Positions 13,901 through 26,600 of a stretch of 64,000 nucleotides of DNA are shown here, piece after piece. Both the position numbers and the translations under genes were made by a program. Origin of the DNA: Klebsormidium nitens (taxonomy: Eukaryota; Plantae; Klebsormidiophyceae); assembly GCA_000708835.1 (NCBI GenBank), contig DF237377.1, positions 1 through 64,000 on the forward strand, given 5' to 3'. The notes beneath the pieces were generated by a model. It did no database searches. It was not told the DNA's origin and saw nothing but the letters and a program-made list of their open reading frames with translations. The first letter of the stretch is position 1. The number at the start of each line of letters is the position of its first letter.

Positions 13901-16900
13901 CTCCCTTTTTGTGTACTGCTCGCTGCGACGCCTTCAAGTGAAGCCCGCAGTCCTGCCTCCTCATCCTCGAGCCTTCAGCCCCACCATTATAAGCACAATT
14001 ACCGAGGAGTATCCCGCCGCTTTCTGACCCCGTGCATCTAAAGCCCTTACCTCCCTTATTCACCCCATCACACCACCCCCCCGTCTCTAGCAGCATCGAT
14101 CTACCCCCCACCTTAACCCCACATTTCCACCCCCCCGCAGTGGATGGTCGACGACAGCCTGCTCCGCGTGATCCACTTTACGCTTGGCCCCCTCAAACCC
14201 TGGGACTGGTGGACCGCTTATATTCTCAACCCGGTCGACCGGTGGGAAGCCTATCGGCAGCGGCTGCCGGCATCGATCCCCGGGGTGGGCGCCGGGTGGA
14301 CACACCACGTTTCGAGGACAGTCACGCTGCTGGCCGTGCTGCCATTTTTGGTGTCAATTCTACTGGGCAGGAAGTGGCTAATGCAGGTGGGGGAAGCTTT
14401 TGTCGGTTCTCGTTCTCTGGGATCACAGCGAAGGGACAGAAGTCAGCTTCGAACCGCTGTTTGGCAGCTTGATGCTTGCGTTGGCTTCTGAGAATTGCGC
14501 CTGTTAGCAAGGGCCTTTGAAGACGAAATTCTGTTGTCGAGGTCTGTCGGTTTGCATTGATCGTTAGACACCGACGTTCGGGAATCTGTCCATCTTTCAA
14601 GACACAACTATACGGCACTGTTGTACCGGACTAGGCGTTTCATCTCCTTACCCAGAACGCCATTGTTTTGCTCTGGTTCTCGTCGCTCTGACATTAGTCC
14701 AGAACCGACTAGTACTACCTGCACCCCAACACTCTCTCACTTTCTTCTCTTTCACACCAGGTCTAATGCAACCTCGCCGGCCTGATTCTTGCGGCCAGCT
14801 GTGCATCAACTCTCTCAGCCTGCTTCCGGCCAGGCCCCGTCACTCCGTATCTGAAACCCCAGTATCGCGATCATTCTTTAAACCCCAAGACCCTAACTAT
14901 CAAAATATCCCAAATCCAAAAACGCAGGTCTACCGCGACCTCGCCGGTCTGGTCGCTCGCGGCGAGCTGGGCAGCGACATGCACGCCTGCTTACTCAGTC
15001 TTCGTCAGTTCAAATCTAGTAGCCCTAGTACTGAAAACCGCAAAATCATAAAACCTTCAAATTCAATGCGCAGGTCTACCGCGACCTCGCCGGTCAGCTG
15101 TGCATCAAATCTCTCAGCCTGCTTCCGGCCAGGCCTCGTCATTCCGACTTTGAGTATTTTAGTAGTAGTCAACCTTGACACCGCAAAATCTTCAAGTATT
15201 ACAACATCCTGCGAACCCCAAAATGCAGGTCTACCGCAACCTCGCCGGTCTAGTTTCACGCGGCCAGCTGTGCGCAGGTGTGCGCGCCCGCTTCCGTCGG
15301 GCTTTGTGATCCTGCATCTAGTGACCCTAGTACCGACAAGCTCAGAAGCTCAAAACCTGAAAACCTCAACCTGCGGGTCTACCGCGATATCGCCAGCCTA
15401 GTTGCCCGCGGCCAGCTATGCGACGGCGTCCGCGCCGCTTTGGTTGGACCTCGTAGATTCGAATCTAGCGACCCTAGTAAATCTGAATCTCGCGACCCTA
15501 GTACTGCAAAGCTTAAGACCCTAAAATTCCAAACCGCAGGTCTACCGCGACCTCTCCGGTCTAGTTGCTCGCGGCCAGCTGTGCGGCGGCGTGCGCGCCC
15601 GCTTCCGTCAGGCCGCCGGCGGCCTCCCGCTCTACGGCGCCGTCAACGGGGGCGCCGGCATCAGCATGACGTCACAGCCGACGCCGGGCCACTTTGTGGG
15701 CGGGCATCCCCCGTACCTGGAGAGCCTGTCGGTCGCCGTGTGCTTTTCGGCCGTTCTGCTGGCGCTCGGGACCGCGACGTTCCTGGTGCCGCGGCAGGTG
15801 AGAGAAAAGATGGCGGAGAACGGTTTTGTTTGACACAGACGTGTAAGAGTCTAAAGAATGTGGTGTGTGAGGTGTGGCAAGGTTTTTAGGGCGTTCGAAA
15901 GGAGTTCGTGACACACGAGGAAGGCGTCTCGAGTTTGGCGCGCCAGGATTGTGGCGGGCGTTGGTACTCTGGTTCCGCAAGAAACACGCCGCTTCATGGT
16001 TGTCATTGCGTCCAAGAACGGTGGTACGAAGAGTCAAGGGCCAGACAAAGCGGGAATTGCAAGCACGCTCGCGCTTCAATGTACAGTGTCTCAAACACAG
16101 TCCGTCGGACGATGTTCACTCGATGTAAGTGAGCCGTCGTGCTTTGGAGGTGTCGCCCGCTTGACGGTCTTTGCCGGGTTGAAGAGAAGGTACGATAAAG
16201 ATTAGCGGTCCTGTCCTCCACTTTCTTCGAAAAGGCCCACGCAGCTAAGCTCGAACCATACCTGTTCCTCCCCGGAAAGAAGTTTCCTTTCCGTTGCATT
16301 TCAACAAAGCGCTGAAGCTTATGTCCCTCCTAGTTGAAGGTCTTTCTTTGGACTGGCCCGCTGCGTGCTGTACAAGCAGCTGCTCTCAAGAAACCTCATT
16401 TTTCTTGTTTCTTTTTTCAACCCCTACGTGTCGCCACCTACGTCTCCAGAATAGTTTATATAATCCCAAAGAGGTATTTTTAACCTCAGACAGACTGCTG
16501 AAAGTTAACCCCCTCTTCGTTGCAGGTGCCCCCCCGGACGGGCCTTTTGCTGGTGTATGAGTGGCTCTTTTTCGTGTTTGGCGTCGCCTTTGCCAAGTAC
16601 CTTGAGGCGGTGCACTTCTGGGGGCGGAGCACGGCGGCTGGAAAGGGCGCCAATGGGGCGGGGGGGAGGTGGGCCGACGAGTCGTCGAGAGGTGAGCTAA
16701 CACAAATGTGCAGGGTCTGAACTTAGTCTGTTTCTCCAATGTGCAAAGCTCTCTCAACAAGTTTTAGTTGTGCCGAGCCGAGAGTGCTTGCGCGTTCTTC
16801 GCTTGCGGTTTGGGTTATAGAAGGGCGCCAATGGGTCCGGGGAGGTGGGCCGACGAGTCGTCGCGAGGTGAGCCATCACAATTGTGCAGGGTCCAAACTT

Positions 16901-18665
16901 AACCTGTTTTTGAAGCGGATTCAAAAGTGCTTGCGCGTTCTTCGCTTGCGGTTTGGATACTGGAAGGGCGCCACTGGGGCGGTGGGGAGGCGGGCTGATG
17001 AGTCGTCGCAAGGTGAGCCAATTACAAATCTGCAGGGTTTGAAGTTAATTTGATTTTGAAGGTGCCGGTTCAAGAGTGCTTGCGCATTCTTCGCTTGCGG
17101 TTTGGGTAATTGAGATGGTGCCAACGGGGCAGGGGGAAGGTGGGCCGTCGAGTCGTCGCGAGGTGAGCCTACACGTTGTGCAGGTCTGGATATATCTGGT
17201 ATTGGATGTGCCGATTCGGAGTGCTTGCGCATTCTGCGCTTGCGAATTGGGTGACTGGAAGGGCGCAATTGGGAGGGAGCTGGGCCGACGTGTCGTTGCG
17301 AGGTGACCCTTTCGGATCGTGGACTGACGGGAGATGCCCGTCGATTTGAAACGCATCTGCCGGGAGACGTCGAGATGGCAGCCACGGAAGGTGTCGGAGC
17401 GGGGTCAAGGAAAGTCAGTTATTCTGGGACCGAGGCCGGGGACCGTTTTGGAAAGGATGACGTGGTGGGGTTGGGGTTTTGACCCGGGGGTTTTGGACGA
17501 TGACTGGTCGAAAGAACCCTAGCCCAGGTTTTGGCCCCTAGAAGTAGCCATGTTATCCCTTTCCAACAGGGTCCCCAGCCTCGGTCCCAAAACAACTGAC
17601 TCTCCTTGATTCCGCTCTGTCGGATGCGGCAACTTGACAGTCTTCATTTTTGAATGTTCCAGATGAGGAGCGCTGGATGATGCATGCTGGGTGATCGGGC
17701 GTGATTCTCAAGGAGCGGCCGAGATAAAGCTTAAGGTTCCGCTCATGAGTGGTGCACTGCTCGAGGGTCCGGTCAGAGGTGGTGCACATGCATCAAAGGG
17801 TTCCCGTGCTTATGTTTAGCCTGGGATACGAGGCTCTTCTGGAGCATAATCGGTCCATGTCGAGCTGCGTGTTTGGACCGGTTCAAAGAGGGCCTTCTTC
17901 TGACAGAAGAGGAACTGACGGCAGAAGGCAACGTTCCGGGAAGTGGCCTTCGGAGCACATTAATTCTTTATAGAATCTGGGCGGTAGTCCTAACGCACTT
18001 CCAACCCCGACTCCAAATTCCTCTGCTGATCTGCTTCGTTTTGACAGGTCGGAATAAGCCCGAGCCGCTCCAAGCCGGGTGGGACTCCGAGACTGCGGGG
18101 TATGTTCTTGGAATGGGGGGGCTGGCCATTTTGGCGCCGTGCCTGCCGTGGTTGCTGGGAGTCGACGCGCTTTTCGCAAAGTGAGCAGACTCCTTTTTTT
18201 GGATTCGCACTTTTTACGGCTCTTGAAAACGGTTTGTCGCTTCGCTTCGTGGAAAAAAAGAAACGTGTAGAACGGCTGCGAGCTTGCGTGGCGTCAGTTC
18301 GGTGAACGTTACGCAAGGCGAAAAGTGCAGAATTGGCTCTGTGCGGAACATTCTGGGAGATTGTGGTCATCCAGTTGGACTTCGCCGCTTGGCGAGGAAT
18401 CGTTGACCTCTTGTCAACCCACTTGCCGGCCGGTTTCTTTGAATCTGTAAGAGTTGCTGTATTAGGTACTGCTGCTCGTTTTGGTTGCGACCCGGATGAA
18501 AGATAGATCCGGGGCCCGGATTAAGATGTTCAAGCTTTCTCTGCTTTCCGCAGGCTGGGTCTCATGTTGGCGGGGCTTTTCCTGTGGGCCATTTTCATGA
18601 CGCACGCTGCTTCCCGCCTGGCGGTACGCTACTACTTGTCGGGCATTCTATCGTCGGCCCACTGA
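10957..18665 (+). CDS. IPUT1: GT8 glycosyltransferase, IPUT1/PGSIP6-like inositol phosphorylceramide glucuronosyltransferase (9 exons)
   Basis: Exons 10957-11238, 11665-11785, 12571-12756, 13335-13489, 14141-14386, 15540-15797, 16526-16691, 18048-18180, 18554-18665. Signal peptide, EAYVTLLY..EFLLGVRVLG, RFWGVYTKLTIFN, YLDADT (DxD), LNSG.MVVEPS, GDQGFLN, HFTLGPLKPWDWW, several C-terminal TM segments. Confidence 0.87.
14740..15610 (+). repeat. Tandem array of six ~150-165 bp units, each a 3' splice site plus start of IPUT1 exon 6
   Basis: cag|GTCTACCGCGACCTC-like starts at 14761, 14928, 15074, 15229, 15377 (AG mutated to GG) and 15540 (real exon). Confidence 0.9.
16640..17310 (+). repeat. Tandem array of five ~140-175 bp units, each the end of IPUT1 exon 7 plus 5' splice site
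   Basis: gggcgcca...gagtcgtcg(c/a)gag|gtga repeated with donors at 16692 (real), 16868, 17013, 17163, 17303. Confidence 0.9.
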
Positions 18666-19647
18666 CGGTTTGCCACGTTTAAGCATTGGCTCTAAGCACA
18701 GGTTTTGGAATTGTCCACAAAGCACGCAATAAGAGACAGTCTGGGCAAGGGAAGGGCTAAGAAGGTTGGAATCAAAATGCGGAAAATGAATCTTAGGTGA
18801 TTTCTTCTGAAAGATACGACGGCTAGTCAAATCCTGAAGGTTTCAATCTGCGTGCACCCACTATTGTCGATGGTGATGCTTTGGCATACATTGCATGAAC
18901 TAGATTCTGTAGCCTGGTTGGCAGAGGATCGGCCGGGCAGGCTCGATTGCATCGTGCCACAATCTGTGCATATGTATGCTGATCGATTGTCAGGCTGGCC
19001 GCGGCCCGGCCGTGTTCGTCAGGTTGCATGCATCATGGGCTACGGTTGCACGCTGTACATCTGGCCGGCCCTCGCTTGATCATGGATTGTATAGCTACCT
19101 TCTACTAGATGATAGCTCTCGCGCCTTTTATATAAGTCCGTCCGGTCGCGGATGCATGCATGCGATTGCACATATGATACTCCGTACGACGATCTTATAA
19201 TAATGGAATGCTCAAACGACGTAGGTTCTTGCATGCGCCTTGTGCTGATTAATCTTCTAAGGTTAAAAGAAGCTATATATCCACAGCCTGAGCAAGCTGT
19301 TTGAGTATAATGCGGCCAATTATCAGTATGTGTCCGTACATGACGGTACAGCAGTCGTGCGGCCCTCTGCAGGTGCGACCGTCCAACCTGCATGGGCTGA
19401 CATGCCGACTAGGCTCAGAGCTGCTCTTCTTGAAGATCCTGCATGTGGCATCCGCCTACTGTATATTCGCTGAGCTATTACACATGCTACAGGCCAACTA
19501 AGTTCCTTCTACGATGCCTTCGTTCGCGAACGCATCGAAACCTGTGAGACGACCGAACCGCTGCTAAAACTACTGCAAGTATATGTACACATCCTTCGGG
19601 CTCAGACGGTAGCCAAAAGCAATTCTACAGAGCGATCGACCCCAAAC

Positions 19648-22600
19648 TCAGACGGTATGCCAGTCCCCTTCGACGCCCTTTAATCGTTCCCGCAAGCGCC
19701 GCTGCGCTTCGGCAAACTCTGTGTCGTTCAGTGCCGGCGCGCCAGTCCTCATCTGTCCGTTGAACGTTCCTGTGTGGTGGGGAATCCAGCTTTTGCAGCC
19801 GCCATGCTCTTGCGCGTACTCGAGTTGGATGGGCCACAACAGCGGCGTCACTCGAAGCTACAAGACAGAGAAACAGTGTGTTTAGAGGGCAAGACTAGGA
19901 CATATAATATACTAGACTCTGGAACGCAAGATTTGCGGAAGGGGGATTACGGGCTTTCAAGCCTCATTCTTGGTCTCGATGGTAGGTAATCTGCCGCTTT
20001 TCATGACCACCGAAAAGCTTTCGAGATATTGTCTAAAAAGCCTGGACATGGCCCGATATGTGAGCAGCTATGACTTTAAGAAAGAGAGCGGTAGATGCAG
20101 TCAATCCTCAGACCAAACATCGGAGGCGGTTGTGCACGCAACTACGGAACAGACGGCACCTTGATCCGGATTGTCTGCCGTTCTTGCACACCCCGTGAAT
20201 GACGAGCAGAAGTAGGACTGTGCGCGAAGGCCTGACCGACTTTTAACAGCATCCGAATCGCCTGTAGAGACGCCGTATCTCACAGCAGACTCGCCAAAGC
20301 CTGTGCAAAATGGCCACGGCTGCGTGATCGAAGATGGTCTCTTAGACCCGGAAGCGGAAGTCAACGTTACCTCGAGAATCGAAAGAGGGCGGTCCATCTT
20401 CCAGCCGAGCCGCTTGTGAAGGAACTCGTCAGACCAGATGTGCAGATCTGCAAAAAATCCAAGAATTTCGATCTCGTAATGGTGCCGGAGCCAAACGAAC
20501 GGTGTTCTAATCTTGATTGAAGTTTAGCGTACTTGCTTACGTCCGACAGATTAGTTGCTTGTTGAAGGTGAGCAGAAAGCTGACAGCACAGATTGGAGCG
20601 AAGGGAGAACGAGGTACGAAATTCGGAGACACTCTTTGTGCCTCATGTAGGACGCACCCTAGTCAAATCGGGCTTTTTTGCGACGTATGAATTGGGTTGC
20701 GCTATTGCTGAAGCTCGCGTTTGCGAGCGCCTCGAAGCAGCAGAGTTTGTGATCCGTCTGCGCAACTGGTGGCCGTCTTGTAGAAAAACATTCGTAATTC
20801 TGATCTGATGCTTTTACAAGCGTGGGGAGCTCGCTGAGCTATTCAAAGCTGTAGATATCAACTTGACAGAATGCCCCAATTTTGAGTCTATTGTTTCAAT
20901 TCTCCTACCCCGAGGACCTCGCTATCTCTTTTCATGTGCAACTTCTTTTGCGTTGGGCGGGAAAGGTATTCACAACGACTGGGCGCCGCGAAGCAGACTC
21001 CTGGCTCGTGTTAAATTGCACACCACAATCTGTAAGAAACGGTCACGTGCTTCCCACCTTTTAGGTTGCTCAAAATGTCGGGATCCTTGGTGCTCCACAA
21101 GCCGGTGCAACGGGCGTATGCTGAGATCTCAACGACGGCCCCCAACGGCCGTTCCGGAGGGATTTTTAGCGCCTGACAAAGCCAAATTTCCGTCGGCTTC
21201 TGAGCGGGATCAGGCGAGTAGCCCGGAGGCGGACCCCTAAAGTCGCCCGTGACTAGCTGCACACGTTGAATGCTACTGTGCGGCAAAGTGGAGAGTCGTT
21301 TGTCTGGTCGAACGAAGCAAGTTACAGGAAGGCAGTTGCGGGGGCAAGGTGTAGGTTCTCAGAACGAGGTGAGTTGCATTTCGGGAGTATGTTTATTGCT
21401 TTTCCCAAACATTAACTAACTGGGGTAGAATGCGACGGCGCCAAGAAGGAGCAAAAAGGAATATCAAATCATGTGAACATGGTCGTATGCTAGAAATATG
21501 GATACTACAGACTTGCAAAGAGTTTCCATACCCAATTCAAGCTCGCCCTCGATCATTTGTTGCACAGAGCAAGTGCCTTTCCAAACGGTTTCCAAGGTTC
21601 GTCAAATCGTGCCAGAAGACTCGGTTACAACACGTCACGGGCCTCTCAAGGTTGCCTTACCGCCGAATGTTGCTCCACAAACTCGGGTTTCAGCATGCTT
21701 GGGGTGGCGTGGAAGAAGCTGGGGAAGAAAAGGAACTCGGAGGAGGGGAGGGCGAAAGCCCTCTCATGGATCCCACCTTTCCGGAGGATACAGATCTGCT
21801 GTCCAGCGACAAGCGCATCGATCTGCAACATGTGAAAGACTGATGTAGATTGGGCTTGATACATGTGCCTTATCGTCGATTCACCAGGCAAGTATGGGTG
21901 GCTGTCTTCGACTTGAGAGCAATGGAAAGCGCAGCATCTTGCATGGAGGGCTTGGCCTCCGTCCGGCAAAGGCATCACATTGGCTGGCTAATTGATCTTT
22001 GAAACATAGGTCTCGCTAAGCGAAACATAAGATCCACAAGAGAACAAGCCGCTGCGCTGCCACCACAGCCTGTCTTGTCAATCTTGAGGACTAAGATCAT
22101 TTGCTGGTCCTTCAAAAGCGGGGACCATAATCAGAAGCTCTTCTTCAGTGAGAGCTAATGCCAGATGAGATTTGAAACCTATGTTAGCTGAAGATCGGAT
22201 GTCTGTGACGGACTTTCTGAACGATTCAAAGTTCTGGCCACTCACATTAGGTTGCTGTGGAGAAAGGCAAGAGAGAAAGGGACCCAAGCAAGAACTCGAA
22301 GGGTGGTCTGCGGCTCCGCTAAAGAGACACAAAAGCTGGGATGCCAAACTTGCTAGTATTAAGTTTGGTGGCTCAAGTATTGTCTCACTAGGCCTGCAAT
22401 CCTGCCATACCACCAGCTATCACCAGGGATGAGTGGAAGGCCCAAGCATGACAAACAAACGCGCACTCCTCCGAATTGAGGGCTGACAGTTCCTTGGGTT
22501 GTCGACATGTTTGTCTGGCCTTTCTACGTTGACTCAGCCATGGGGCTAAGAAGCCTGGGGGCACTCACTGTGATTTTCCACTCCTTTAGCAGCCAGATAT

Positions 22601-23015
22601 TGCCCTCTTCTCCTTCCACATGCTCTGTCTCTTGCTCTGTGTTTACAGGTTCAACCCCCGCAGCCTTGCAGCTTCGATCCTGCTGGTGCCGCCCTCCGAA
22701 AGCCCCACGAGACCTTGCTAGCAACCTTTTGAGATCATAAGGTTGGCTTTTTGGCCGGAGACTAGCTGTGCGATGTTCAGAGCTGATATAAAGGGGAAGT
22801 TGTACAGCTTCAGATTCCACAGCTTTGTTTGGTGGAAGGTAACGAGAATGTGGATACATAGCATGTGGCACCTGAAAGTGGCACGTGCCTCCAATCCCCC
22901 TCTGAGGCCCGTAATTTGACTGCACACCGAAACGTGCTTGCAGACGAGTCTTGCCTACTTGCAGCGGATCGCTGATAGCCCTAGCTCTAGCTGGCGATAT
23001 CTTTACAGATGCCAT
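19648..23015 (-). CDS. DUF1802 family protein with long N-terminal extension (possible plastid transit peptide), 5 exons
   Basis: Exons 23015-22569, 21822-21661, ~21172-21058 (acceptor uncertain), 20447-20371, 19857-19648. Motifs LLKEWKIT-IDALVAGQQICILRKGGIHE, FLFFPSFFH..LKPEF, LHIWSDEFLHKRLGWK, LELRV, EHGGCKSWIP match DUF1802 as I recall it. Confidence 0.8.
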
Positions 23016-23659
23016 GCTTTCTATCACCGCCCTCAAGTGTGAGCCACAAAAGCCCGCTGCCTACTTCGGACCACCTCGCAACATGAAAAGATGGAGCCTC
23101 TCAACAGCAAGAGACTGCACTAGACAGCATTGTGAACATAGCAGCTAGCGTAGTGCTCTCATGCCAACGTGATGGCCACGAGAGTCTTACTCATAGACTG
23201 AAACTTCAGAGAGCTGGGACTCCGAGTCTAGTCCAGAGCTCAGCTTAAAGTTAAAGTTATTGCAGATTCTCGGCAAACCCTAATAAAATACCTTTACAGG
23301 TTTAGGGTAACCTCCGCAAGAATAGACTGGCTACGAAACGGGTCAGAGTTAACCCAAGTCCAATGTGGCGCCTATGGGGGCAGCTATGAAAACTGCACAG
23401 GGTGCTGCATTTCAGGACCAGCAAAGCAAAGGCATGGGCGCTTGAAGCTGGTGAAGGACGAAGTAGAGTTTGCGCACTGCACAGGCGGACCTGAGCTGTT
23501 GTTGGTAGGTACTGCACTTCTGAGGGGGCATGCTCGAGGAGCGGAGCAGCTCGAATGCCCATCACCGCAAAAGGGTTTCTAAATACTGAAAACTTTTCTT
23601 GATTGAAGAGCAGAGGGGGACATATACACGGGGAGCAGCGCGCTGCAAAACCCGCCAAA

Positions 23660-26600
23660 ATGACGGGTAAGACTTTCTTAGGGAAATGCAGCACATGCTG
23701 TTGCTGCTATCGCCACCAGAAGAGCAGAAGGCAGCCTGGACAACAGCTCATTACCACCTTGCATGGCGTGACGGGCGTCACAATATTGTGATGATGGATC
23801 GATTCAACTGGTGACTGAAAAAGACCAATGCGAGTGTCAGCGGCAGTCGAAGGACGTTCTTAATGCATACTGATCAGTCCTGGCGCCCTCCGTCCCCAAT
23901 CGTTGGCCAGGTCCAAGAGTTTGCAACATTTGGGCAGACACGGCAACTAGCGGTTAGAGCTGCACCACTCATTTCATCATGGCGCTAATTGATTGAGTTG
24001 CTTGATTTGGTCACCTGTTTCTTGGGTGCAGACTACGCGGCAGAACAGGAGATGGAGATTGAGGCGCTGGAAGCGATCCTCATGGAAGACCTGACAGGTG
24101 CGCACCATTCTGACTCCCTGCTATGTTTCGCATAAAGACGTTCAGCATGTCGATAGCGGCGCCGTGAAAGCGCTATCAAGACTAAGAAAGCTCGGAAGAA
24201 GCCGCAAACTACAGAGGATGGCTCAGAATGAAAGCTGCTTGTAATTCTTGGCTTTTGCTGCCCCCGCTGGCTCGACCTCTTCAAGAAGAGTCGGTTCGCT
24301 GCGAAGATGGTCGCGTTCATCATGTTGTGTATGGGATGCTTGGTAATCAGAGAGTGGTCCTTTGACTTCAAACCCTTGCTGCAAACACAGAGTTGGAGGA
24401 TGGAGCGGCCGGGGGCTTGGAGACGGACGGGCGGTGTTGGCAGATTGACATCAAGCCGCAGGTGAATTTTCTGTGAGGACTGCCAGTGACCGCCTGTGGT
24501 TATGACACTGAAGTCCTGCGGTTGTATGTCCGCACCAAAGGCCTGTTTTCTGAAGAAGCCCTGAATTGCTGCGTCGGTTGTTGATCCATTTCTTACTGTG
24601 CTGCTTTCAAATCTTCTGACCTCGCAGTAGTGGCCCAAAGTACACATCAAGCTGCCGTTGTAGATCGCGGAGTTGTGTCCGGTCGAAGTGAGCTTAGAGC
24701 GTGGGACCTTAGGTTGTGTAAGGCTCCCTATGAATCTTCTTATTCATCAGTCAGAATCTTGTTGCAGGGGGATGATGAAGAGGAGCTTACAGAGATGCCA
24801 GGTCAGTCATTCGTACCTTTGCTGGTTCTCTCAGCAATCCGTATGAGTAAGAGTATATTGCCAAATTGGCCTCGTAAAAAGCGGTTTTAGCTTGATTTGC
24901 CAGAGCTGCCATTAGGATACACCCCTGAAGCAAAGACGAGTTCTAGGCGTCAAGGGTGATTTCTTTCTCGATTCGTGTATATTGTGCTAATCATCTCCCT
25001 CTTTAGGCATCGGTTGAGGAGAATCATGTAGCCTAAACACCATGATTGCCGCGACCAAAAGGTGTCCACCAGAAACCCAGTGAGTCGGAAGACCAACAGG
25101 TTGTTCAATACTAGATTTGCTGATCCCAATGTTTTGCTTTGTGCAGTCCGAATAAAGCTGGTCTTTGCCCACACGCCAAACTACCCGGACGAGCCCCCGC
25201 TGTTCAACATCCGAGGGTGAGCTATGGTTGAAAATGGAACGGACGAATTTCAAAGTACTGCCTTCCTCCACATTTTTGGTTATGCTAGATGAGAGTTAAT
25301 CCAGGCTACAGAGGTTGATGAGAGTTCAAAGTTGTGGCATGATCTAGGTAAACCTGTATTGCGGTTTACAATGAGAGTCTCTCAAGGGTCGAATAAGACC
25401 GTCTGATAGGCTAGCTGCTCTCGAATTCAGCACGTTCCATTAGTTCCATGCCAATGCCAATTCGTTGGTCGGAAACAACGGGTTAACAAGACCCTAAGCA
25501 ATTTCCATCCTTCGGTACTTGCAGTATTCAGGGGTTGAGTACGAAAGACGTCAACGAATTGAAAGCGAAACTAGAGGAGGAGGTGAGGGGCTCGACCGGT
25601 TTTTCTCAGCCAAGTTCTGTTAAGGTTGCCAGGAGAATTAAGGTTGCCAGGAGAGTCATATCGTTGAATAATCAGGCGACAATCGCTTCAAGCGCAAACC
25701 TCTTGAGACCGTCTTGTCTCTCAAATTGGCCCTCGAAATCCGATCTGCATGAAACGTGCGCGAATGCAAAATGATGAGTTGCCTGACCGTGAAGCACAGC
25801 GACAAGGTCGCAGCTCTTGCGGGAAGCAGCCATCTTCGCTAAATGAAAGCAGGGGTTCCAGTCCAGGTATAGCCTTCAAAAGTCAGTCGAGCAAAGATAA
25901 GGCGGAATGTGTCAAACCAACCTTTAGTTCGTCGCAAGTTCTCACTCTTTACCAGCGAATCCAAAAGTCCCCAAATTGCGCCTTTGTCCAGGTACAAGAA
26001 AACCTAGGGATGTCGATGATGTTCACGCTAGCAACGTCAGCCAAAGAGTGGTTAAGGGACAAGGTCGCGGGAGCTGAGGAGGCCAATGCAGAGGAAGATA
26101 AGGAGCCAGTAGAAGAGGTGGGATGCTGCCGACCTGGCCTCTATTTGTTTCTTTGAGGTGTCTTATTTGGAATGGGACATGTCTTGCTCTTGCGAAGCCG
26201 TTTGGTCCAGTGCTAAAGATTGTGATCTTTCGTAAGTAGCTTCTGTCCTCAGACTTGCTAGCTCGCGAGATGAGGCGAAGAGGAGAAGAAGAGATTGCGA
26301 ATGAGAGAGAGTCACGACTAAGGAAAACATCGTCTTCCGTAGGCTAAATTCGGCAGGATACCTTGATTGTTTTTCGACGCGGGGTCTTCGAAGCAGCTAT
26401 CCACCAGATGAATCGTCGCACTGGCTCGGAAAGCTTACCTCTCGTGAGCGGGACCGGGTTGGCTTTGTTTTGACCTCCACGCATTGCACGTTTCCATTTT
26501 CGGGCTTGAAAAACTTCGCCCGCGGATAGTTGTCCGCCTCAGCCCATCTGCTCGTGCAATCGTTCTTGGAATGGTGCGCCAGGCAAAAGCCAATGAAAAC

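Noticed and set aside
14766-15889. 211-aa and 203-aa ORFs (14766-15401, 15278-15889)
   Set aside because: By-products of the GC-rich acceptor-echo array; they switch in and out of the true exon frame.
24033-24650. 205-aa minus-strand ORF
   Set aside because: Antisense shadow of RWDD1 exons and introns.
25620-25654. 18-bp direct repeat x2 (ttaaggttgccaggaga); similarly a 21-bp x2 repeat at 29889-29930
   Set aside because: Simple local slippage duplications; only two copies and no spacers, so not CRISPR-like.
26255-26345. Purine-rich exon-like stretch in an RWDD1 intron
   Set aside because: No in-frame acceptor, and plant orthologs (as I recall them) join the acidic linker directly to VIVPHG.
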